Virus record (IMG/VR): IMGVR_UViG_3300049581_000247
Coordinates: 7,815 to 71,814 of that record
Source of the DNA: a virus
Lineage: Duplodnaviria; Caudoviricetes
DNA length: 64,000 bases
Direction: 5' to 3' (one strand)
The translations under genes were made by a program, and so were the position numbers. Below, piece after piece: positions 45,406 through 52,099 of this stretch; positions within the stretch are counted from its first letter, which is position 1, and each line of letters begins with the position of its first letter. The notes under the pieces were generated by a model. The model did no database searches, was not told the origin of the DNA, and was given only the letters and a program-made list of their open reading frames with translations.

Positions 45406-45965
45406 GATGTGACGGCCCACTCGTTCTCCGACGAGAAACGCTTCAGGTACATCCGGAGCGCGGTGTCGGCATGGCGCCAGGTCTGGGCGGTCAGGCTCGC
45501 CTCGCCCTTCTCGGCGATGGACGATTCGATCCCCTCCAGCACGCGCAGCATGATCCCGAGCCGCATGGCCGTCCGGCAGTCCCGGTCGTCGATCCTCGCG
45601 AGTGCCTCGATGATCTTGTCGTCGTCCCTCGAGGTCATGACCTGATCGACGAGCAGATTGTACACCGTGGACCACCGGATATCCACGTCGCCGCCCCCCA
45701 GCGAAGTCCACTCGAATGATTCATACAGGTGGTTGAGGAGCTCGGTGACGCGGGTTCCGATGATCATGGCCAGGCGCTTCCTGACGGAGGCCTGGAACTC
45801 AGGGGCGTACATGAGCTGGTACTGCCAGAAGAGCAAGACCAGCAGCTCGTGAACCTCGGGCAGCGTGTCGGTAGCGACGTCGTAGAACGAGTCGCCGTCT
45901 TCGATCGCGGGCTCGGTTTCCTTGGATGGCGTGGCCCCGGATGGGGTGGTTGCGATTTGGGTCAT
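45402..45965 (-). CDS. Hypothetical helical protein (187 aa)
   Basis: ORF track; GC3 bias; leader AAATCACC-ATG. Confidence 0.7.
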   Translation of the reverse strand: MTQIATTPSGATPSKETEPAIEDGDSFYDVATDTLPEVHELLVLLFWQYQLMYAPEFQASVRKRLAMIIGTRVTELLNHLYESFEWTSLGGGDVDIRWSTVYNLLVDQVMTSRDDDKIIEALARIDDRDCRTAMRLGIMLRVLEGIESSIAEKGEASLTAQTWRHADTALRMYLKRFSSENEWAVTS

Positions 45966-45971
45966 GGTGAT

Positions 45972-46193
45972 TTATTCGGTTGGGACCTTGATGAATTTAT
46001 CCGCATCGTACAGGCCTGCACTTTCATAGATTTGGATTGAATCGGAGCTGGCTTGGGCGCGAGTCATGATTCCCATCACTGTGTAGGCGGAAAACTGTTC
46101 GATTTTAAGGAATTTGGGCGTCAAGCTGATCCTGACCACCCGGTCGCCAGCCCCGATTGGATTTCCCTGCGCGTCCGGCACTGTGTTGTTCAT
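45972..46193 (-). CDS. Small SH3/KOW-like protein (73 aa)
   Basis: AGDRVV..YTVMGI..DKFIKV. Confidence 0.6.
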   Translation of the reverse strand: MNNTVPDAQGNPIGAGDRVVRISLTPKFLKIEQFSAYTVMGIMTRAQASSDSIQIYESAGLYDADKFIKVPTE

Positions 46194-46199
46194 GGCGAT

Positions 46200-46394
46200 T
46201 TAAGCCGGGACCTTGGTGAACCTGAAATCGCACCAGCCGCCCGTCACATTCCCCTGGCTATCCTCTACCTTGATATATTCGTTTCTCTCCTGGACGCGGA
46301 AGACGGTGTACACAGCGAATTCCTCCAGGTCTCCGTTCGGCGCCGTGCACACGACAATATCCCCGACTTTCAGGCCATGGGTCGATGCGGTCAT
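46200..46394 (-). CDS. Small SH3/KOW-like protein (64 aa)
   Basis: LKVGDIVVC..VYTVFRV..FRFTKV. Confidence 0.65.
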   Translation of the reverse strand: MTASTHGLKVGDIVVCTAPNGDLEEFAVYTVFRVQERNEYIKVEDSQGNVTGGWCDFRFTKVPA

Positions 46395-46401
46395 GGGCGG
46401 A

Positions 46402-46617
46402 TTAAGTGATGGATTTGAGCGGGATCAATCGGTCGCTAAACAGTGCGACCGGAGTTTTGTCTTGGTGGTTGAGCAGATGAAAGATGTCCCGATCGTGAGG
46501 AGATATCATGGTAAACTCATACACATCACCGATACTGAACAGTCCGTCGTTCAACTCGTTGGTGTCGACCAGCACGAACAGGTCGCCTGCAACAGGATTA
46601 ACGGGATTGTTGGACAT
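46402..46617 (-). CDS. Small SH3/KOW-like protein (71 aa)
   Basis: AGDLFVLV..IGDVYEF..FSDRLIPL. Confidence 0.6.
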   Translation of the reverse strand: MSNNPVNPVAGDLFVLVDTNELNDGLFSIGDVYEFTMISPHDRDIFHLLNHQDKTPVALFSDRLIPLKSIT

Positions 46618-46695
46618 TGGTTGGCTTGGCCATGCTCGCGGGCGCGAACTTTCCAGCCAGCCCAGGCCGGCAGGAGTCGTCGCTCGCGATTTAGT

Positions 46696-46799
46696 TGATG
46701 GCGGCGCGGGAATCGAACCCGCCTCGCAAGGAAAGCCCGGGAGGAATCTAGAATGATCCCGGCTGCGTGCTGCGATTGCCCGGTGATCCAGGGACCGCC
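46696..46799 (-). ncRNA. tRNA-like RNA with 6 bp acceptor and extended central arm (104 nt)
   Basis: GGCGGT/GCCGCC-A-TCA ends; perfect T arm GCGGG-TTCGATT-CCCGC; D-like hairpin CCCTGG-ATCA-CCGGG; central stem whose loop contains TTCTAGA. Confidence 0.55.
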
Positions 46800-46807
46800 G
46801 TGAAGGG

Positions 46808-47050
46808 TTATTCGGACAGGGTGACGGGCGGCTTGGCTGCGTCCTCGAGTTTGGCGATGCGGCCGTCCAGCCTGGCCTGTGCGATCAACAGGTCGGAATC
46901 GCATTGCATGTGAGTGATGTTGCTGGTGGATACCGTCCACTCCAGCTCCTCGAGCTGATCGCTCAGGCGCTCGTTCTCAATCGACAGGCAAAATGCGGCA
47001 ACCGCGAGAATGCCGATCAGGATGATAATGATGATGGTGATGATATCCAT
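46808..47050 (-). CDS. Membrane-anchored coiled-coil protein (80 aa)
   Basis: MDIITIIIIILIGILAVAAFCL transmembrane segment. Confidence 0.65.
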   Translation of the reverse strand: MDIITIIIIILIGILAVAAFCLSIENERLSDQLEELEWTVSTSNITHMQCDSDLLIAQARLDGRIAKLEDAAKPPVTLSE

Positions 47051-47202
47051 GTTGGTCTTGGTTGATGCTTGATTGTTGTGTCCCACCACAGCACGACGAA
47101 CCGCTTCTCGCCATGGGACTCGATGGCGGAGAGAAACCCGGTTAGGCTAGACCTGAACTTCTTCGCCGCGTCAAGCGTCGAGAAGACGTGGACTCGCATC
47201 AT
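47017..47202 (-). CDS. Hypothetical protein (61 aa)
   Basis: MMRVHVFSTLDAAKKF; leader CCACC-ATG. Confidence 0.5.
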   Translation of the reverse strand: MMRVHVFSTLDAAKKFRSSLTGFLSAIESHGEKRFVVLWWDTTIKHQPRPTWISSPSSLSS

Positions 47203-47221
47203 GGTGGCAGGTATGAAAGTT

Positions 47222-47598
47222 GCAGCGCAGGACCGGGGGCATCGCGTTTCCCTGTACCTGATTAACCCGGATCGCGCGGGTTCAGGCTGACTGCCGGGGT
47301 ACGTCCACCCGGGAGTCGACTGCCGATTGTTTGGTCTTTTAATCCCCCGTGGGGCCGAAGCCCGGGTGAGATGCCGCACGGCTGCACATGTCGCGGTCCT
47401 GCGCTGCGTTGTTTTGCGCCGGCCGAAGCCGGATCGCAAGGGGTGGGGATCGCCGGGCATGATCCGGCTTGGTCTGGTCGTTACCGGGCTACCAGCCCGG
47501 AGTGTCGGTGCAGCGAGACGACTTGGATTGTGGGTCAATGCTCGGTGCCCGCCAGTCGCACACTAATCACGTCGCACATTGCTGTGCGCCTAATCCCC
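47222..47598 (-). ncRNA. Candidate multi-stem non-coding RNA
   Basis: 14 bp helix 47222-47235/47394-47407; 10 bp helix AAGCCGGATC/GATCCGGCTT; two C-UUCG-G and one GCAA tetraloop on the minus strand. Confidence 0.55.
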
Positions 47599-47606
47599 GT
47601 AAAGTT

Positions 47607-47795
47607 TTAGTCGGCGTCGAAGGTCCAGATCATGCCGATGAAGCCGACAATAGATAAGGCCAAGGCGACACCCACCATCGCATGCAGCGTGGCCGGAAAC
47701 CTGGTGACGTAGCCAAGATCGGCACAGAGCGATACCCCAATGAACAGGGCGAACCCCGAGCACAGGGCGACGATGAACTTGGTGTTGGTTTTCAT
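47607..47795 (-). CDS. Two-TM membrane protein (62 aa)
   Basis: Two hydrophobic helices. Confidence 0.65.
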   Translation of the reverse strand: MKTNTKFIVALCSGFALFIGVSLCADLGYVTRFPATLHAMVGVALALSIVGFIGMIWTFDAD

Positions 47796-48019
47796 GGTGT
47801 TTTCGATTTATTCCGGCGAAAGCGCAACCAGAGCGGGAAGCCGGAGCCAGGATGGCACTTCCACCGGATTGCCTGGAACTCTTCGCCACGACCGGCAGCG
47901 TAGGCGAGGCGCATGGAGCTCATAAACAGGCATTGGTCCATAAGGAGAAGAGCCATGAGGACCGTCTCGATGGCGAGGATGTAGACGGTGATGTCGGTGG
48001 TGTCGGACGCAGTGTTCAT
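47792..48019 (-). CDS. Membrane-associated hypothetical protein (75 aa)
   Basis: Hydrophobic segment; coupled to the next ORF. Confidence 0.5.
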   Translation of the reverse strand: MNTASDTTDITVYILAIETVLMALLLMDQCLFMSSMRLAYAAGRGEEFQAIRWKCHPGSGFPLWLRFRRNKSKTP

Positions 48020-48026
48020 GGTAAAG

Positions 48027-48148
48027 GGTGAGCGGGCAGGGTTCGATACCTGCTAGTAGTGCTTAGACTTCGCGCTGGACTTAGAGCTAAAGCTGCACAT
48101 CCGGGAGCACCTTCCCTTGCGCTAGCGTGTCCTTCCACGCTGCCGCTC
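48027..48148 (-). ncRNA. tRNA-like RNA with 6 bp acceptor, D-like and T-like arms and long insertion (about 122 nt)
   Basis: GAGCGG/CCGCTC-A-CC; D-like arm GCGT-GGAAGGAC-ACGC; T-like arm GCAGG-TATCGAAC-CCTGC. Confidence 0.5.
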
Positions 48149-48394
48149 GTAAAGTTAATCCACGGGACCCGGCTTATGCGCTTACGGGTCTGAGTTGTCA
48201 GTTGACCAGGGCTTAAAGCTCCGGCGCAGTACTCCCTGTTTTTAAGCAGGCCGTGAAAGTTGTGGTGATTTTAAGCTATCGAGGTGTTTGCCTCAAGCGG
48301 GACAGCCATCCCCGCACGGCCGGTTTATCAGGTCCGGTGCTCTTTTGTTTTGCGATGGATTACCCGCCGCGAGAGTCCGGACTTAATCCTAGCT

Positions 48395-48416
48395 AAGGTG
48401 GTACGCGTACCACCTT
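48395..48416. repeat. Perfect 22 bp palindrome inside a structured intergenic region (48160-48500)
   Basis: AAGGTGGTACGCGTACCACCTT, flanked by GCGAGAG/CTCTCGC. Confidence 0.85.
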
Positions 48417-48515
48417 CAGTGCTCTCTCGCGCTTGGTCCCGCTCGCAGCCTAATCCCGTGTTATGGGACAAGCTCGCGGCCTCGGCCAGCACAGGCACGG
48501 GTAAAGTGAAATGGG

Positions 48516-48878
48516 TTAGAGCTGCGCTTCGATCAGGTCGGCGATCTCATGGAATGAGAAATAGCCGCTGTCGTTGAGTTCGCCAAGGCCAATGGACTTG
48601 CGACCAGCCGCAGCCACTAGCGGCTCCATAACAGTAATGCCGACCCAATCCTGGATTCCCTTGGATGGATACTTCGCCTCAAATTCTGCATCGGAATGGC
48701 CCTTGTATCGAGTGAGTCCTTTGTCGCTTTCCGCCAACGCAACACCGGCTTCAACTGCCAGCTCACACAGCACACCGAGGCAGCAGTACGTATTTCGATT
48801 GCACAACCAATGCCGGCCCTGCTGGTACTTGCCCGACCTCAGCGCTGCCACCCACCTGGCTTTGATTTCCTTGTTCAT
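48516..48878 (-). CDS. Conserved phage hypothetical protein (120 aa)
   Basis: WVAALRSGKYQQG..YCCLGVLCEL..LNDSG..SFHEIADLIE. Confidence 0.8.
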   Translation of the reverse strand: MNKEIKARWVAALRSGKYQQGRHWLCNRNTYCCLGVLCELAVEAGVALAESDKGLTRYKGHSDAEFEAKYPSKGIQDWVGITVMEPLVAAAGRKSIGLGELNDSGYFSFHEIADLIEAQL

Positions 48879-48885
48879 GGTGATG

Positions 48886-49089
48886 TTATTCGGCCACGAT
48901 ATAGCTGCCGGTCTGCTGCTCGGTCCAGCCCAAATCCTCGTCGAGCTCCGCACCGTTGCGCCGAGAGAACTCCCATGCCCCGCAGACAATCCGTTCCTCC
49001 GTGATCGAAGTGACCTTGAGCGGCATCGGGATGCCGCCGAGGTAGCGGATAACGGTGTCGCCGACCTTGATGTTGCTCAGTGCTTTCAT
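48886..49089 (-). CDS. Small SH3-like protein (67 aa)
   Basis: IKVGDTVIR..LKVTSIT. Confidence 0.65.
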   Translation of the reverse strand: MKALSNIKVGDTVIRYLGGIPMPLKVTSITEERIVCGAWEFSRRNGAELDEDLGWTEQQTGSYIVAE

Positions 49090-49096
49090 GATAAAA

Positions 49097-49387
49097 TTAT
49101 TCAGCCGGCTCCAGCATGGCCATCGCAGCCTGATAGGCATCGGCCTGCCCCTTGAAATACATCCGCCCTCCAACCGTATCGGCGAACATCGCCCCGTTCA
49201 GTTCGGCCCGCTCCTTCGCCCGCAGCAGGGACTCGCGCGCCCTGGTGTTGACGGCGATGGCCCGCCCGGCCCTGGCCTCGATCCCGGCCGGCCCCGGATT
49301 GGGGGCGGCGTTGTGCGTGGCAATGGCAATAATGCAGGCCAGGCCGACGAACAGCAGGATTATCGGTGGCAAGGGTATATTCTTCAT
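49097..49387 (-). CDS. Membrane-anchored protein (96 aa)
   Basis: N-terminal transmembrane segment IILLFVGLACIIAIA. Confidence 0.65.
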   Translation of the reverse strand: MKNIPLPPIILLFVGLACIIAIATHNAAPNPGPAGIEARAGRAIAVNTRARESLLRAKERAELNGAMFADTVGGRMYFKGQADAYQAAMAMLEPAE

Positions 49388-49570
49388 GGTGATGTGAAAT
49401 GAATCCCGAAGGCTGCATTAGGTTGCAGCACGGTTGCCTAAGGAGGGGCCGCACGGAACCGGATCACGGCGACTTGTCCAGGCTCAGCAGGCGGGGTCGC
49501 ATTCCTAGGATGCTTAGCGCAACGCTGACCGTCCAGGGGTTACTAGGTCCTGGCATCGGAAAGTGAAAAG

Positions 49571-49750
49571 TTATTCGGCGCGGGTCTTGCGGATGTAGAT
49601 CAGACCCATTCCGGACGGAGTCCTGCCAATCCTTTCGGAGAGTCTCCATTCAAATTCACCGACAACACACAGGAACTTGTCCCCGCACTTGATCTTTTGG
49701 TTATTCAGCAGCCTACGCCAGCCCTTGGGGATGATGACTTGTGCTTTCAT
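49571..49750 (-). CDS. Hypothetical protein (59 aa)
   Basis: Hand-translated MKAQVIIPKGWRRLLNNQKIKCGDKFL... Confidence 0.6.
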   Translation of the reverse strand: MKAQVIIPKGWRRLLNNQKIKCGDKFLCVVGEFEWRLSERIGRTPSGMGLIYIRKTRAE

Positions 49751-49757
49751 GGTGAAA

Positions 49758-49955
49758 TTAAATTGATCTGGCTGCCTCGCGCAGCTCCTTCATGTCGGCA
49801 TCGATGTAGGTGATCTTGTAAATGGGCGCCACGATTCCGTGCTGCCTGGCCCGATCGCATCCCGTAACCTCGATGTAGCGCCCAAGTTCGGGCGAGTAAT
49901 AGATCGAGTCGGGCGGAATCTCGACGGGTGAGTTGAACTGGTGGGTCTTGCTCAT
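49758..49955 (-). CDS. Hypothetical protein (65 aa)
   Basis: ORF track; leader TTTCACC-ATG. Confidence 0.6.
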   Translation of the reverse strand: MSKTHQFNSPVEIPPDSIYYSPELGRYIEVTGCDRARQHGIVAPIYKITYIDADMKELREAARSI

Positions 49956-50230
49956 GGTGAAAATGGACAGCCCGCTCGGCGGGTGTGGCTACTGTCATCG
50001 CCTCGGATTAGCACCGTGCTTGTGCGCATCTGACCGGTCGCACCCGGGCCTTTCTTATCCTGCACTTGCAGGGTCGCGAAGGCTGGCGGAAATTCAGCTG
50101 AGGCTGGGTCCGCAGGTCTTCAACCTGTCAGGCATGCCTCGCTTACAGCCGGGAATGCCCGGCAGCTGCTTTAACGTGATAGCTTAGCACGGAATGAATC
50201 CCCCGGCATGCATTTAACCATGCCTTGCTC

Positions 50231-50476
50231 TTAGCCATCGCCATAGCCATCGCCATAGCCATAGCCATAGCCATCGCCATAGCCATCGCCATAGCCATAG
50301 CCATAGCCATCGCCAGAGCCAGAGCCATCGCCAGAGCCAGAGCCAGAGCCATAGCCATAGCCATCGCCATAGCCATAGCCATAGCCATAGCCATAGCCAT
50401 AGCCAGAGCCAGAGCCATCGCCATAGCCATAGCCATAGCCATCGCCAGAGCCAGAGCCATAGCCAGAGCCACTCAT
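50231..50476 (-). CDS. Gly-Tyr/Ser/Asp repeat protein (81 aa)
   Basis: ATGA overlap with the upstream stop; MSGSGYGSGSGDGYGYG... encoded by GGCTAT/GGCTCT/GGCGAT hexamers. Confidence 0.75.
   Translation of the reverse strand: MSGSGYGSGSGDGYGYGYGDGSGSGYGYGYGYGYGYGDGYGYGSGSGSGDGSGSGDGYGYGYGDGYGDGYGYGYGDGYGDG
50234..50470. repeat. Hexanucleotide tandem repeat (AGCCAT/AGCCAG/CGCCAT)n
   Basis: About 40 units visible directly. Confidence 0.95.
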
Positions 50477-50850
50477 CGCGTCCAGACCGGCACCGAAGCC
50501 AGATTGGCTTGGGCCTTGGGGGAAACCGGGATGATCTCCACGGCTTGGGTTAGAGTGATCTCGGGGGCTGCGCACGAGAACCGGCATTCATTGGGCTTGC
50601 TCACGCCGCGCACCGCCATCTCCGTGATGGAGGCGGCGCCGTTCCAGTATTGGATACGCCGGGCGCTAACCAGGGTCACCTCCTGGCCATCCCTGCTCTT
50701 CAGGAATCCGAAATGGATTCCGCCGATGCCGGCCGCCACGATGACGCACGGAAGTCCGTCGCTGTTTGTGGCCGGCGAGGATGCGGCGATACAGTCCTTC
50801 CGGATGTACGCCACGCCGTTCAGTTCTATTTCAGTCACTTCTTGTTTCAT
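50473..50850 (-). CDS. DUF6948-like protein (125 aa)
   Basis: VIVAAG.GGIHFG.L..V.L..ARRI.YW.GAASITEMA..G..I.L..AVEIIP. Confidence 0.7.
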   Translation of the reverse strand: MKQEVTEIELNGVAYIRKDCIAASSPATNSDGLPCVIVAAGIGGIHFGFLKSRDGQEVTLVSARRIQYWNGAASITEMAVRGVSKPNECRFSCAAPEITLTQAVEIIPVSPKAQANLASVPVWTR

Positions 50851-51016
50851 GTTGGTTTGGGTTTCTCTGATTGATCGGAAACGGGGATAGCCAGGTCTCG
50901 GCATCGGAAAGTGAGCCAACGTCAGTCTGGGCAGCCTATGCCCGGGTTTAGCACTTGCACCCACCGCTCACTCGGTTCGCTGACGTTGGAAAATGAAACG
51001 AGAACGCGGGCCGCTT

Positions 51017-51056
51017 CAAAACAAAAAGCCCGGGCCAGTTTTACCCGGCCCGGGCT
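51017..51056 (-). terminator. Intrinsic terminator
   Basis: AGCCCGGGCC-GG-GTAAAA-CT-GGCCCGGGCT followed by TTTTGTTTTG. Confidence 0.85.
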
Positions 51057-51059
51057 CCC

Positions 51060-52040
51060 TCTGTTTGACCGTCGCATCGCGTTCTCTTCTGTCTCAAGGC
51101 ATGGCTAACATTGGCTTCCGCCATGCCTGAATTTGTTTCGCGCTGACATCCGGCGCAATGAACCGGGCGCGACCTGGCATCAAACTGCCAGGCAAAGTTG
51201 CTGTTTCCCGGCGTTTCACGCGGCCTCGTCGCCCACCGCACGGGTTTTCACCGTGACGGCGCAGCTTCGACCGCCCAGGGACAGTCTTGAAAAATAACTT
51301 CCATCGGCTTAATCCTATGCTGCTCCCAGCCGTGAGGCCATCGAGACTTTACCCACCCGTAGTTCAACAGCCGCAGGTTGCGCCGTAGCTCGTCTCTGAC
51401 AACACCGATTCTTCCGACCGCTCGCAACCGCCCCGCAAGGAGTCCTGTTGCTTTGCCATGTCGCTTTCTGCTGGCGGGACGTTGCCAATCCGTTCCGCCT
51501 TTTAATGCAGGCAACCCCTTGGATTCAATCCGTTTCGGGCATTTCCGCAGCATCCGACACGCGCTTGTGTCATGCGGGTTTCGGCTCCCGCCTACACTAT
51601 TTCACGCGGCCCATCACGCATCCTTCGCAAACACCGGAACCGCACGGCTCGCCCATCCCGCTTTTGGCAGGACGGTTCCGTCGGCATCGCAACCCAGGCG
51701 CGTGCTCATGGCTCCGCCCCAGGCTGTCCGGCATCCGCGCACCGTTTGCGCTTGCCGCTACACTATTTCGCTTCCGTCGCTTTTAGACCGGGCACGGAAT
51801 ACCCTGCGCAGGGGGGAGGCATCAAAGCCAGCGGTGCGCGTAGGCGCGTCCTAGTCATGCCGGCCCGCGAAAGGCCGGAGCATGCCCGCAACGTGTCGCC
51901 AGACGTGAGTCCGGCATGTCCATGCGAGGCGATCCCCTGCTAGTGGCGCTGTATGAGTCAGCCGCGAGGCTGGCGTGATTAGTGCGCCCACTACTGCGCA
52001 CCCGGGTCACCGTGCCCGTGTCTAGCCTGCGAAGGCTAAA
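51060..52040 (-). ncRNA. Candidate large (about 1 kb) structured non-coding RNA
   Basis: No credible ORF; many helices (CCTGGCA/TGCCAGG, GGCATGGC/GCCATGCC, GGAACCG/CGGTTCC, CGGGCACGG/CCGTGCCCG), frequent GAAA motifs, two pairs of 12 bp direct repeats; bounded by a hairpin and a terminator. Confidence 0.5.
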
Positions 52041-52044
52041 TCAG

Positions 52045-52072
52045 GTCCCCAAGGGGTAACTCCCTTGGGGAC
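52045..52072. promoter_or_regulatory. Perfect 11 bp hairpin downstream of the basic early gene
   Basis: GTCCCCAAGGG-GTAACT-CCCTTGGGGAC. Confidence 0.7.
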
Positions 52073-52099
52073 TAGACTTAACTGTCGCTGTCCTACCAA

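Larger units (their letters stand above)
49552..50914. repeat. 15 bp direct repeat GGCATCGGAAAGTGA (49552-49566 and 50900-50914)
   Basis: Exact match in two intergenic regions; core TCGGAAAGT also intergenic at 29998. Confidence 0.7.

Noticed and set aside
46747-46753. Amber-suppressor tRNA implying stop-codon recoding
   Set aside because: The CUA sits in an oversized non-canonical loop, all long genes read through with the standard code, and TAG appears to serve as a stop (31205)
47203-47538. Upstream extension of ORF 47017..47538
   Set aside because: Runs through the hairpin-rich element; the real start is probably the CCACC-ATG at 47202
50143-50890. Poly-(MA) and poly-(IA) ORFs, and a possible CRISPR array
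   Set aside because: Alternative frames of the hexamer repeat; there are no unique spacers, so it is not CRISPR; the Gly-X frame has the coupled ATG
51637-51650. Group II intron domain V-like GAGCCG..CGGTTC
   Set aside because: Far too short for domain V; no GUGYG 5' end, interrupted gene or maturase
51041-51943. ORFs 51248..51553, 51378..51854, 51448..51786, 51572..51943
   Set aside because: No codon bias, typical leader or motifs; the region is better explained as structured RNA
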